A stretch of DNA of 64,000 nucleotides from the NCBI GenBank assembly GCA_021818995.1, contig JAKASP010000001.1, positions 60,868-124,867 of the forward strand, in the 5' to 3' direction. The notes under the pieces were generated by a model. It searched no databases, was not told the origin of the DNA, and saw only the letters and a program-made list of their open reading frames with translations. The position numbers were made by a program, and so were the translations under genes. Source of the DNA: Candidatus Micrarchaeota archaeon. Lineage in GTDB: Archaea > Micrarchaeota > Micrarchaeia > Micrarchaeales > CABMGC01. Positions 27,565 to 36,899 of this stretch are shown one piece after another (the stretch's first letter is position 1; the number at the start of each line of letters is the position of its first letter).

Positions 27565-28365
27565 GTGTTTTTCAAACCGGTAAAATCACTAGGCCAGCAC
27601 TTCCTTGTGAACAGGGCTGTGGCCGAGGTCGAGGCTGAGCACGCGCTGGGCAAGAGGGTGATAGAGATGGGGCCCGGGCAGGGAATACTGACGCGCGAAC
27701 TGTGCAAGAGGGCGAAACACGTTGTAGCCGTAGAGCTCGACCGCAACCTCTTCCTCATGCTGAAGGGCGAGATGAAGGAGAAGAACCTCAGGCTCGTGAA
27801 CAAGGACTTCTTCGAGGCGAGCGACGAGGAGTTGGGGCTCGCTGACACCGACATAATGATAGCCAACGTGCCATACAAGCTCTCCAGCAGGGTCATAGAC
27901 TTTCTGTTCGACCACAGGCTGCAGGCGGTGCTCTGCCTGCAGAAGGAGTTCGTGCAGCACATGACCGCAAAGCCCGGAACCAGGAACTACTCGAGGCTGA
28001 GCGTGATGTTCCAGCTCGGCTTCACGCACACGAGACTTGTCGAGGTCTCCCGCGGGAGCTTCAGGCCCATACCTAAAGTGGACTCGGTTGTGATCTACAT
28101 GAAGCCGCGCGGACGGGATGTAGATGAGAATGAGAGGCGAGTGATAAGCGCGCTCATGCAGCACAAGAAGAAGACGGTAAAGAATGCGATCGTAGACTCG
28201 TGCGGTAACCTTGGAATGGACGCGCGCGCCGCGCGGGGCGAGACTGGGAGGCTGGAGGAGAGGGAGAGCAGGGTCTTCAAGCTAAGCCCCGAAGAGATAC
28301 TAGCGGTTGCGAAGAAAGTTTCTACTGGAATGAGTAGTAGGGCTCCTGCACCTGCTCGAGAATGA
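27565..28365 (+). CDS. rsmA: 16S rRNA m6,2A dimethyltransferase
   Basis: LGQHFL, EMGPGQG, ANVPY, FRPIPKVDS. Confidence 0.95.
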   Translation: MFFKPVKSLGQHFLVNRAVAEVEAEHALGKRVIEMGPGQGILTRELCKRAKHVVAVELDRNLFLMLKGEMKEKNLRLVNKDFFEASDEELGLADTDIMIANVPYKLSSRVIDFLFDHRLQAVLCLQKEFVQHMTAKPGTRNYSRLSVMFQLGFTHTRLVEVSRGSFRPIPKVDSVVIYMKPRGRDVDENERRVISALMQHKKKTVKNAIVDSCGNLGMDARAARGETGRLEERESRVFKLSPEEILAVAKKVSTGMSSRAPAPARE

Positions 28366-28981
28366 TGCTGTTCTTCACCTTCTTCCTGAACTCTTCCTCG
28401 GCCTTCCTCGCGCCCTCCTCTCCGAGCAGCGCGCGGTAGTGCATTGGGACAAATGCTTTTGCATGTATGAGCTTTGCTGCGCTGGCAGCCTCGTCGACGG
28501 TCATCACGTAGTGCCCGCCAGCCGGCAGCAGCGCTATGTCTGCGCTTACGCTCTTCATCTCGTCGATGACATCTGTGTCTCCGGCGTGGTAAACCTTCAC
28601 TCCGTTGGCGTCTATCACGTAGCCGACCCAATCGTTAGCTTTCGGATGGAACTCTTTGTTTGTGTTGTACGCCCGCACCGTGCTGAAGCCTATCCCCTCT
28701 ATCTCATACTCCCTCTCGGGCTCGACAGCCAGCACCTTCTTCCCAGATAGCTTGCTCGCAGTCTCCTTTGGCGCGACGAACTGCGTCTTGCCGGTCACTA
28801 TCTTCCCGAGGGCCTCCTCGTTGAAGTGATCGAAATGGGTGTGCGTTATGAAGACGATATCTGCCTTTGGCATCTCGGCGCGAATCCTGAACGGGTCGAT
28901 GTAGACGTTCTTGCCATTAATCTCCATCATGAAGCCCGCATGCTCTATCCACTTGAGAAAACTCAGGTCCATGCTTTCCAT
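28322..28981 (-). CDS. MBL-fold metallo-hydrolase
   Basis: THTHFDH, YHAGDT, PMHY. Confidence 0.9.
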   Translation of the reverse strand: MESMDLSFLKWIEHAGFMMEINGKNVYIDPFRIRAEMPKADIVFITHTHFDHFNEEALGKIVTGKTQFVAPKETASKLSGKKVLAVEPEREYEIEGIGFSTVRAYNTNKEFHPKANDWVGYVIDANGVKVYHAGDTDVIDEMKSVSADIALLPAGGHYVMTVDEAASAAKLIHAKAFVPMHYRALLGEEGARKAEEEFRKKVKNSIILEQVQEPYYSFQ

Positions 28982-29022
28982 ACGCTTCTAAACTATAAAA
29001 TCCTTCTGCTCCAAATAGAAGC

Positions 29023-29919
29023 ATGAACCTAATCGTAGCGGTGCCGGTAGACGAGGCGCTGGCGTCGTTCATGGGAAAGAAGGGGTCCGCGAACAGCATA
29101 ACCTTCTACAACAGGAAGGAGGGCGGCGACGTCATAGTCGCGCTGCTGCCCAGCCAAGACGAGGACAAGACATACGCGCTTGCTGAATCGCTGCTCGTTG
29201 CGTCGAGCGTGGTGCTCAGCACCGCAAACCTTGACAAGAGGTTCGGTGAGGCGCTGGTCGCGTGCTCCCTGCTCGACAAGAAGGTGCTCGTGACTGACGA
29301 CAACGACGCGTCCGCGCTTCTGAAGGACGCGGGGCTCAGGGATTACTCTATCGTCTCGAGGAGCGACCTGCTCGTCAGGCTGCGCGAGACCGCATCGGCG
29401 CAGGCGGATGGCCCTGTGAGAGTGGACATAGACAAGGCCTTTCCGGTCAAGGGCATAGGCACAGTTGTGCTAGGGTTCGTGACCCGCGGCACGCTCAGGC
29501 AGCACGACAAACTGTTCCACACTTCAGGCAAGGAGGTGCTTGTGCGCTCGATGCAGAGCCAGGACGAGGACATTACAACTGCCATAACTGGAACGCGCGT
29601 AGGCATATCGCTCAAGGACATCGGCGACAAGGAGGTGGAGAAGGGCGACCTGCTCACCACGCAGGCGGTTGCGAAGCGTGGCACGCTCACGATAGAGTAC
29701 AGGGTCGGGAAGATGGCGAGGGAGAGCGTTGTTGAGGGCGCGCGCTATGGGATCGCGAGCAACTTCTCGTACAGCGAGTGCACTGTCAAGAGCGCGAGCG
29801 GGAGTACGCTTGTCCTGGAGCTGACGAGCCCGTTCCCCGCAGAGCCCGGGGACAGGGTGCTGCTCATCCGGAAGCAGCTTCCGAGGATATTCGCCGCTGG
29901 CAGTGTGGGCAAGGCTTAA
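29023..29919 (+). CDS. SelB-like/EF-Tu domain II protein with degenerate G domain (aSelBL-like)
   Basis: IDKAFPVKGIGTVVLG, RSMQSQD, GTRVG; no P-loop. Confidence 0.8.
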   Translation: MNLIVAVPVDEALASFMGKKGSANSITFYNRKEGGDVIVALLPSQDEDKTYALAESLLVASSVVLSTANLDKRFGEALVACSLLDKKVLVTDDNDASALLKDAGLRDYSIVSRSDLLVRLRETASAQADGPVRVDIDKAFPVKGIGTVVLGFVTRGTLRQHDKLFHTSGKEVLVRSMQSQDEDITTAITGTRVGISLKDIGDKEVEKGDLLTTQAVAKRGTLTIEYRVGKMARESVVEGARYGIASNFSYSECTVKSASGSTLVLELTSPFPAEPGDRVLLIRKQLPRIFAAGSVGKA

Positions 29920-29944
29920 AATATCTGCTAGACAGAATAGGTAC

Positions 29945-30499
29945 ATGGAGGCAGTCTGGAAAAGATTTTTCGCAGTAGCACTGCCGATGCTGCTTCTGGC
30001 GCCTCTGCTCATACACGGCCTGCAGTTCGCATGGACCGACATATTCTCTAGCATATGGAACAGCATCTGGAACGCCATCTCAGGCATCCTGCACATCTCG
30101 ACCCCTAACGCGCAGCAGCAGTTCGCGAGCAAGCTGGAGCAGCTGCAGACGAACGAGAGCCCGCTGACGCAGTTCTACCTGGCAAACGCGGCCAAGTACG
30201 CAAAGCAGTTCAACGTCAGTGCGAACACCAGCTGGTCGGTGCAGGTAACAGACGTCAACTCGAGCACGAGCCCGGTTGTGGGCCAGCTCACCGCGGTTTG
30301 GAACAACACTGCCAAGAGCCTCTTCATCTACAGCGGCATAGTCAACACCACAGGCATGCCCATCTTCGCTGTGAGCGTGACGCACAGCACCTTCCTTGCG
30401 CTCTCCAGGGACGCCCTGGCGCAGAGCATAAACGGCGCGATAGCAGACTTTGGGATAGCAGAGGCGACGCACGCCATCTCCTTCAGGCGCATATCCTAG
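29945..30499 (+). CDS. Hypothetical membrane-anchored or secreted protein
   Basis: Hydrophobic N-terminus from MEAVWKRFF; N-x-S/T sites. Confidence 0.65.
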   Translation: MEAVWKRFFAVALPMLLLAPLLIHGLQFAWTDIFSSIWNSIWNAISGILHISTPNAQQQFASKLEQLQTNESPLTQFYLANAAKYAKQFNVSANTSWSVQVTDVNSSTSPVVGQLTAVWNNTAKSLFIYSGIVNTTGMPIFAVSVTHSTFLALSRDALAQSINGAIADFGIAEATHAISFRRIS

Positions 30500-30571
30500 G
30501 CGCTTAATCACGAGAGGCGCTGATAACAAAGTATAAATAAGTTGTAGTCGAGAGCATATCCGGTGAATTGA

Positions 30572-31069
30572 GTGGACAAAAACCTGATGTACATTGCTGG
30601 AGCGCTCGTAATAATCATAGTTGCTGCGCTGATCATACTTTCCGGATTCACACTGCAGCCCTCGGCACCGACCACAATACCCAAGAACCTCACTACGGTT
30701 ACGATAAGCAACATCACGACCACGATAGTCCATAACATAACCACGGCCACGGGCCCCAACCTCGCCTCGTGCAACGGCTACAACTACTCGATCTCGCAGT
30801 CGTACTACAGCGCTGTCGGCTCGTGCAACTGGAGGGGCGGACTGGTTAACGTGACGCTTTACGGAGGCAGCTTCAACAACGTAGTGATACAGATAGTGGA
30901 GCAGAACGTGACAACGACTCCGTTCAACACGAGCATAAGCGGCGTACCGTGCTCGCAGCACTCCCCGGAGGTCACTTACATGCCTCCTGGAAACTACAAG
31001 GTCACGTTCTCGGCAGGCTCGTCCTACACGACAAGCTGCGGCAGCGCGACAATGAGGATAAGCCACTGA
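30572..31069 (+). CDS. Hypothetical membrane-anchored Thr-rich surface protein
   Basis: N-terminal TM, Thr-rich linker, beta domain with four Cys. Confidence 0.7.
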   Translation: MDKNLMYIAGALVIIIVAALIILSGFTLQPSAPTTIPKNLTTVTISNITTTIVHNITTATGPNLASCNGYNYSISQSYYSAVGSCNWRGGLVNVTLYGGSFNNVVIQIVEQNVTTTPFNTSISGVPCSQHSPEVTYMPPGNYKVTFSAGSSYTTSCGSATMRISH

Positions 31070-31073
31070 TTGG

Positions 31074-31655
31074 CTACTTCTTCAGCAGCCTTGTGTACTC
31101 CTTGCGGAACTTCGCCACCTTCGGCGCTATCACAACACGGCAGTAGCCCTGCTCAGGGTTCTTCTTGAAGTAGTCCTGGTGGTAGTCCTCGGCCTTGTAG
31201 AAGGCCTTGAACGGCTCCAGCTTGGTGACCAGCGGCCTGTCCCAGAGCTTCTCCTTCTCGACCTCATCCATGACCTCCTCTGCAGTGCGCTTCTGCTCCT
31301 CGCTGTGGTAGAAGATGACCGAACGGTACTGGGTGCCCACGTCCGCGCCCTGCCTGTTCATTGTAGTTGGGTCGTGCACCGTGAAGAAGATCTTCAGCAG
31401 CTGCCTGTACGAGATGACCTTCGGGTCGAAGGTGATCTGGTTCACCTCTGCATGGTTTGTGAGGCCGGTGCAGACGAGCGCGTACGATGGATTGGGGATT
31501 ATGCCGCCGGAGAACCCTGACACGACTTTCTTCACGCCCTTTAGCTCGGTGAATATGGCCTCTGTGCACCAGAAGCAGCCGCCACCAAGCGTCGCTACCT
31601 CCTCGCTGCCTTCAGGCTTTGCCTTTTCGTGATTATCTTGGCGCTGCGTTTTCAG
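31074..31655 (-). CDS. msrA: Peptide-methionine (S)-S-oxide reductase; probable CTG start
   Basis: Catalytic ATLGGGCFWCTEA lies in frame upstream of the called start 31535; HDPT, GTQYRS, AEDYHQ. Confidence 0.93.
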   Translation of the reverse strand: MKTQRQDNHEKAKPEGSEEVATLGGGCFWCTEAIFTELKGVKKVVSGFSGGIIPNPSYALVCTGLTNHAEVNQITFDPKVISYRQLLKIFFTVHDPTTMNRQGADVGTQYRSVIFYHSEEQKRTAEEVMDEVEKEKLWDRPLVTKLEPFKAFYKAEDYHQDYFKKNPEQGYCRVVIAPKVAKFRKEYTRLLKK

Positions 31656-32206
31656 CTTATCACATCGACATATGCAACAGAGGAGTTAGCCGATTGGGAA
31701 GAGGAGTCGGAGACGTGCAGCTTCAGGTAGTAGATTCCAGGAAGCAGCGTGTTGTATCCAGATACCGTCTGGAAGTTGCAGGTTGTCGACTGCGCCGTGG
31801 CGTTGAGGCAGACGAAGTCGCCGAAGCTGGAGGTGAAGTTTGAGGATGTGTTCATTACGGCTGCGAACCACTGGTAGCTGTATGGCGGTATGCCGCCTTG
31901 CGCCCCGGCATCCGAGATTGTGGTGTTGGCGCCCATCCTGACTATCTGCGATGACGGCTGCGGGGCCGGCTCGCTCAATTGCGAAGAGGAGCCAACAGAG
32001 GTTGTGGCCGCTGTGCTGGTTGTCGTCTGCGTTGCGCCGGACCTTATCGAAGTTGTGAGCGTAGTGGATGCGGTGGTGGTTATTGTGGAGTTGTTGGGGT
32101 TCGAGTGGCGAGGCGAGAGAACGTAGAGGGCGCCGGCTGCAGCTATCACGAGCAAGAAAGCTACAGCTAGTATAGGTATGACTGGAATCTTGTGCCTCCT
32201 GTGCAT
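31652..32206 (-). CDS. Membrane-anchored Ser/Thr-rich protein with Ig/PKD-like domain
   Basis: N-terminal TM, Thr stalk, GGIPPYSYQW and LHVSDS strands. Confidence 0.7.
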   Translation of the reverse strand: MHRRHKIPVIPILAVAFLLVIAAAGALYVLSPRHSNPNNSTITTTASTTLTTSIRSGATQTTTSTAATTSVGSSSQLSEPAPQPSSQIVRMGANTTISDAGAQGGIPPYSYQWFAAVMNTSSNFTSSFGDFVCLNATAQSTTCNFQTVSGYNTLLPGIYYLKLHVSDSSSQSANSSVAYVDVIS

Positions 32207-32261
32207 CGGCCCACCGCCAGATTACCGATTGGTTGCAGCTTAATTATATTGTTTTTGCTGC

Positions 32262-32276
32262 GCTTGGGGTTGCTGG
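32262..32276 (+). repeat. att-like direct repeat GCTTGGGGTTGCTGG (second copy at 34564-34578, overlapping the tRNA-Trp 3' end)
   Basis: Exact 15-bp match seen in sequence. Confidence 0.75.
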
Positions 32277-32414
32277 TTTCCGCACATTATACCGCTACAT
32301 TCTCGCTTACGCCCTCTCTATTACAGGATTAGCAGTTTTGGTATTTAGAGCGAATGAGCAATTAATGGGCATACTCACGTTCTTTTTAGGACTGCTGTTG
32401 CTTTTGCTGGAAGC

Positions 32415-32594
32415 TTATCGGTTCAGCAACCCCCTATCTTTGAATTCAAGAAGGATACCAAAGAAGCAAATAGTAAAGCCTACAGCGAACACAGCCCCGT
32501 TATTGAAAATTGCCGCTGCGATTACAAGAACAGCCCCAATCCCGAGCATACTATCTGAACTCGACACTTTAATGCCCAGAAACTCCAATTCCAT
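32415..32594 (-). CDS. Small two-TM protein (59 aa), element cargo
   Basis: Translated by hand: MELEFLGIKVSSSDSMLGIGAVLVIAAAIFNNGAVFAVGFTICFFGILLEFKDRGLLNR. Confidence 0.55.
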   Translation of the reverse strand: MELEFLGIKVSSSDSMLGIGAVLVIAAAIFNNGAVFAVGFTICFFGILLEFKDRGLLNR

Positions 32595-32929
32595 GTTTCT
32601 CTACCGCAATTTAAGTTTTAAAGCTATTCAGTTTGGCATAAAGCTTAGGCAAGCCATTCAATTCGACGCATTCCCACACTTTGTTCTTGAGTGCTCAGGC
32701 TCGCTTGGGCGAGCCTTCGCTATCTTGCAAGCGCATAGAAGCCCAATCACAGCGAGCACGCCTGCCCAATCGACGCCGAAGGCGTCTTGGGGGGCAGGCG
32801 TGCGAGCATTCACTCTCCATACTGATAGTATGGAGTTTCTCTGCTCGCCTGATTATCAAGTCAACTTCTCCACGCTCCGAGCCCTTCGGGCTCGGCCAGA
32901 GGAAAGCGTGGAGCTTGATAGATGATGAT

Positions 32930-33784
32930 ATGGTGTTCGAAACGACGCAATCTCAAGAGGTGTCCATTATGATAAACGAGGACACCAAACTTGATGAGCT
33001 TGAGCACGTCAAAAAAGAGTTGCAAGCCCTTCTACCTCTACTTAGCAAATGGAGAGTTGAAGAACTTCAACAGATAATCTCTCACCATTACACGACGAAG
33101 TGGAAACACAGAAAGTTTAGGAAATATGGAAGCTTGAGCAAGGCATTCAGCCAAGAGGAACTCGACAAGTTTTTTGCAGTAATCAAAGAAGATCGCTTTA
33201 GATTGCTGTATTCCTATCAAGCTTATTGTGGATTGCGAGTAGGCGAAGTTTGTCAGCTCAACGTCAAGGACTTCGATTTTAACATAAGAGAATTGAGAGT
33301 AAAGACAGAGAAGGCGCACACACTCGACACTCTGCGAGTGCCCCAATTCCTGTTTGAGCAAACTTTAGAATATATCAGAGAGCACACAATAGAAATCGAC
33401 AAGGCGCAAGGCTATTTGTTTTACGTCGATAAGAGGCACAGCCGAACCGACAAGCCATACATAGACTTGAACTACATAAGAAACACATTCCGCTATTACA
33501 TCTCGCTCGCTGGCTTGAACGAGGTTTATGATGAGTCAGAGGAGAGCGTGCAGGGCAGGACAAAAAGAAGCCTGCACAGATTGACCACGCACAGCTTGAG
33601 GCACTATGCAATAACGAAATTCAATCGGGCTGTCGGGGGCGACATTATGCTGACGAAGGCATTCGCTCGGCATAGAGAGATTTCTTCGACGCAAGTTTAT
33701 GTGCATACATCAAGAGAGGAGTTATATTCGGCGATTGAACATGCGTTTGCTATAGACAAGCCAATTATGAAGGAGATGGTGTAA
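32930..33784 (+). CDS. Tyrosine recombinase/integrase
   Basis: GLRVGE (R), KTEK (K), HSLRH (HxxR), RH, TQVY (Y); start uncertain (32930 or 32969). Confidence 0.92.
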   Translation: MVFETTQSQEVSIMINEDTKLDELEHVKKELQALLPLLSKWRVEELQQIISHHYTTKWKHRKFRKYGSLSKAFSQEELDKFFAVIKEDRFRLLYSYQAYCGLRVGEVCQLNVKDFDFNIRELRVKTEKAHTLDTLRVPQFLFEQTLEYIREHTIEIDKAQGYLFYVDKRHSRTDKPYIDLNYIRNTFRYYISLAGLNEVYDESEESVQGRTKRSLHRLTTHSLRHYAITKFNRAVGGDIMLTKAFARHREISSTQVYVHTSREELYSAIEHAFAIDKPIMKEMV

Positions 33785-33825
33785 TCAGAGGAAGACATAA
33801 AAAATCTATTTCAGAAGATGAAGAT

Positions 33826-34242
33826 ATGAAAGCACAAAGAGGAGGAGGCGGAGGATTCATTTTACTTGTGATAATAGTATTAGTGGTGGCTTCCTTATCT
33901 CTTGCAAGTTTTCAAACAAAACAAGTTTTAACTATCTCTCTTGTTAAGAACAATACCTTTTACGCTGGAGGGAATTCATGGAACGTAGAAGTAAGCACTG
34001 AAAACGTTACATATCTGCAATTTCTTAATTATTCTACAAAACCGCCCTCAATCAATGATGGAACTATTTCAGTATTAATTCAGATACAAAATTCTTCGAT
34101 GCTTCTGTTCAATAAGACCTATTATGTTAGCACATTGAGGGCTTACGAAATACACACATACCAGCCTGTGATTGCGGGTTCTTACCTTAACATCAGCATT
34201 CCCTCTTCTGCTTTCCAAAGGTCGATTCAAATTGGCAAATAA
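33826..34242 (+). CDS. Secreted or pilin-like cargo protein
   Basis: MKAQ plus Gly run and hydrophobic helix, loosely class III signal-like; sequons. Confidence 0.55.
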   Translation: MKAQRGGGGGFILLVIIVLVVASLSLASFQTKQVLTISLVKNNTFYAGGNSWNVEVSTENVTYLQFLNYSTKPPSINDGTISVLIQIQNSSMLLFNKTYYVSTLRAYEIHTYQPVIAGSYLNISIPSSAFQRSIQIGK

Positions 34243-34585
34243 TCGAGAATTATATTTAGAAAAAAGATTTCGTTATTGGGAGATTTTGGTGATAATGCAC
34301 TCTTTTGTAGGCACCGTTCTAATAGAGATAACGAATGTTAGCAGCCAGCTTGTTCTGCCATATGTGCTTTTAGTGGCAATGTTCTTTCTGAATTTGCTAT
34401 TTCTTGGATTTGCCTATGATTGGAAATACAATACGTTTAGGAAAGCTCCGTATCCTTCTTTAGAAATTATGTTTGGTGTTTCAATATCGACAATTTACGG
34501 TTTTATTTTCCTCAAATTCGGACTTCTGGGCATAATTGGGCTTATCCCCGCAGGGATGTTTCTGCTTGGGGTTGCTGGGATTTGA
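34232..34585 (+). CDS. Four-TM membrane cargo protein
   Basis: Hydrophobic ORF, probable TTG start at 34232; 3' end runs antisense into the tRNA-Trp 3' end. Confidence 0.55.
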   Translation: MANNRELYLEKRFRYWEILVIMHSFVGTVLIEITNVSSQLVLPYVLLVAMFFLNLLFLGFAYDWKYNTFRKAPYPSLEIMFGVSISTIYGFIFLKFGLLGIIGLIPAGMFLLGVAGI

Positions 34586-34704
34586 ACCCAGACATGCAGG
34601 TTACGCCCATCACTTGGATCAACGCTCCAAATCTAAGTCATCGCCGAAGCTCTAAATTTTCAACATCTGGAGCCTGCCGCGCTGCCAGGTTACGCCACAA
34701 CCCC
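34567..34704 (-). tRNA. tRNA-Trp(CCA) with ~65-nt intron (about 34602-34666)
   Basis: Acceptor GGGGTTG/CAACCCC, anticodon stem GCAGG/CCTGC with CT-CCA-G, T arm CTGGG-TTCAAAT-CCCAG. Confidence 0.92.
34602..34666 (-). ncRNA. Intron-encoded box C/D guide RNA
   Basis: Box C-like CGATGA, guide TTGGAGC complementary to the anticodon arm, D'-like TTGA. Confidence 0.65.
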
Positions 34705-34761
34705 TTGCACGTAGAGCATAAGATATTAATCTTAAAATACCGAGCAGTAGAGCTGGTCCTG

Positions 34762-35367
34762 ATGATAAAGTGCATAATATTCGACCTAGGCGGAGTTGTC
34801 GTGGACTACTCTGACAAGCGCGACTACGCTCCATACCTCTCGCGCCTGAGCGGGGTCGCGATGCGCGAGGTTGTGAAGATCTTCGACAGCAATGAGCTGA
34901 ACCTGCTTGAGACAGGGAAGATGAGCCAGTCGCGGTTTACCGGCTTCATCGCTAAGCGGCTTTCCATACCGAAGAGCAAGGTCATGTTCGTGCAGAAGAG
35001 GAGGAGCAGGGCGCGGCTCGACATGGGCGTGGTGGACATAGCAAGAAGGGCATCGCGCCACTATGCCGTCGCATATCTCACAAACGAGTCCAAGGGCAGG
35101 TATGCGGACGTGCGAAGGATGCTCAGGTCTCTGGACAAGACCTTCAGGCACAGGTTCGCATCGTGCTATCTCGGCCTTTCGAAGCCCGGAGCCGCGGTAT
35201 ATGTGCACGTGCTTTCGACGATGGGGCTCAGAGCAGGGGAGGCGCTCTTCATAGACAACTCAGCGGACAATGTTGCCGGGGCCAGGAGGGTAGGCATAAA
35301 GTCTATATTGTTTACAAACGCTAAGGATTTGGAGAAGGAGCTGAAGAGGATGGGAATAAGGTTGTGA
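34762..35367 (+). CDS. HAD-superfamily phosphatase
   Basis: IIFDLGGV, LTN, KP, FIDN motifs; start reassigned to MIKCIIFD. Confidence 0.88.
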   Translation: MIKCIIFDLGGVVVDYSDKRDYAPYLSRLSGVAMREVVKIFDSNELNLLETGKMSQSRFTGFIAKRLSIPKSKVMFVQKRRSRARLDMGVVDIARRASRHYAVAYLTNESKGRYADVRRMLRSLDKTFRHRFASCYLGLSKPGAAVYVHVLSTMGLRAGEALFIDNSADNVAGARRVGIKSILFTNAKDLEKELKRMGIRL

Positions 35368-35368
35368 G

Positions 35369-36829
35369 ATGGCGAAGGAAGAGGTTGAGAAGAAGGGAAT
35401 AACGGTCAAGAAGGCCGAGAACTTCTCCGAGTGGTACACCCAGGTCATAGAGAAGACCGAGTTCGTGGGCTACACCTCTGTTTCCGGAGGGCTTGCGTTC
35501 AGGCCGGACGGCTATTTTGTCTGGGAGACGGTGCAGCGCGCGATTGATTCAGAGTTCAAAAGGATTGGAATAAGCAACGTCTACTTCCCGATGCTCATCC
35601 CGGAGCACCTGCTGGAAAAGGAGAAGGAGCACGTGGCGGGGTTCGCTCCCGAGGTCGCTTGGGTCACGCACGCGGGCAAATCAAAGCTCGAGGAGCGGCT
35701 AGCGGTGAGACCCACTTCAGAGACGATAATGTACGAGAGCTTCGCCAAGTGGGTAAGGTCGTGGAGGGACCTGCCACTGCGCACCAACCAGTGGAACTCT
35801 GTCATTAGATGGGAGTTCAAGCACCCGACGCCTCTGCTGCGAAGCAGGGAGTTCCTGTGGAACGAAGGGCACACAGTATTTGCGTCGCGCAAGGAAGCAG
35901 ATGCGGAACGCGATCAGATACTCGGCATATACGAGAAGGCGCTGAAGGACTATATGGCACTGCCGGGAATACCGGGCATGAAGACCGATTCCGAAAAGTT
36001 TGCGGGAGCCGAGGCGAGCTACAGCATAGAGCACCTGGTCCCTGACGGCTGGGCGATACAGGGGCCTGACTTCCACAGCGACGGGCAGAAATTCGCAAAA
36101 GCGTTCGGCATAGAGTTCATAAACAAGGAAGGAAAGAAGGAGTTCGCGTACCAGAACACATTCGCGTTCACCACAAGAGAGCTGGGAACGATGATCATGA
36201 TTCACGGAGACGACAAGGGCCTGATACTTCCGCCTCCCGTTGCGAGGATACAGGCGGTGATAGTGCCGATCTACACGGATGCAAACAAGGAAAGCGTGAT
36301 CAAGACGGCGCGGGAGCTGGCGAAGAAGCTGCAAGGTTCGGTCAGGGCGTACGTTGATGACAACGATGCCTACTCTCCGGGCTGGAAGTTCAACAACTGG
36401 GAACTGCTCGGAGTTCCGCTCAGGCTGGAGATAGGCGAAAGGGACATCAAGGCCGACAAGGTCGTCGCGGTGAGGAGAGACACATCTGAGAAACGCGACG
36501 TTAAAATGAAGGAGATCGAGAAGGAGGTCGCCTCCCTGCTTGGCGAGATACACGAGAATCTCTACAGGCGCGCTAAGAAGTTCATGGACGAGAACACGCA
36601 CGAGGTCAATACGTACGCCGAGCTGAAGAAGGTGGTCGAAGGCAAGCACGGGGGTATCGCGCAGGGCGGATGGTGCGGCGACGCCGAATGCGAGGCCAAG
36701 GCGAAGGAAGAGATAGGAGCGAAGATAACGAACATGCCCTTCGACGCGCAGCACAAGGCAAAGGGAAGGAAGTGCGTAGTGTGCGGCAATGCCGCGAAGT
36801 TCATGGCGAATTTCGCAAGATCTTATTGA
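35369..36829 (+). CDS. proS: Proline-tRNA ligase (archaeal/eukaryotic type)
   Basis: RPTSET, RWEFK..PLLRSREFLW, HGDDKGL, C-terminal ARSY. Confidence 0.97.
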   Translation: MAKEEVEKKGITVKKAENFSEWYTQVIEKTEFVGYTSVSGGLAFRPDGYFVWETVQRAIDSEFKRIGISNVYFPMLIPEHLLEKEKEHVAGFAPEVAWVTHAGKSKLEERLAVRPTSETIMYESFAKWVRSWRDLPLRTNQWNSVIRWEFKHPTPLLRSREFLWNEGHTVFASRKEADAERDQILGIYEKALKDYMALPGIPGMKTDSEKFAGAEASYSIEHLVPDGWAIQGPDFHSDGQKFAKAFGIEFINKEGKKEFAYQNTFAFTTRELGTMIMIHGDDKGLILPPPVARIQAVIVPIYTDANKESVIKTARELAKKLQGSVRAYVDDNDAYSPGWKFNNWELLGVPLRLEIGERDIKADKVVAVRRDTSEKRDVKMKEIEKEVASLLGEIHENLYRRAKKFMDENTHEVNTYAELKKVVEGKHGGIAQGGWCGDAECEAKAKEEIGAKITNMPFDAQHKAKGRKCVVCGNAAKFMANFARSY

Positions 36830-36899
36830 AGCATCAGACACGAAGTTTATTCATCACAGATCAGAAATACCTCGTGTCATCACGATACTATTCCTCACT

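Larger units (their letters stand above)
32262..34578. mobile_element. ~2.3 kb integrated mini-element at the tRNA-Trp 3' end
   Basis: 15-bp direct repeats at both ends, tyrosine integrase inside, AT-richer than flanks. Confidence 0.75.

Noticed and set aside
29023-29919. Selenocysteine machinery or TGA recoding
   Set aside because: The protein lacks GTPase motifs, and no tRNA-Sec, SelD or in-frame TGA selenoprotein was seen
32424-32433. Inverted partial copy of the att core (CAGCAACCCC)
   Set aside because: Only 10 bp and inside a coding region; may be chance, so an invertible segment is not supported
32233-32925. 230-aa plus-strand ORF, and the upstream extension of the integrase to 32681
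   Set aside because: The ORF crosses the att boundary and overlaps a more plausible minus-strand 59-aa gene; neither translation looks protein-like
34582-34761. N-terminal extension of the HAD ORF
   Set aside because: It overlaps tRNA-Trp; HAD motif I begins right after ATG 34762
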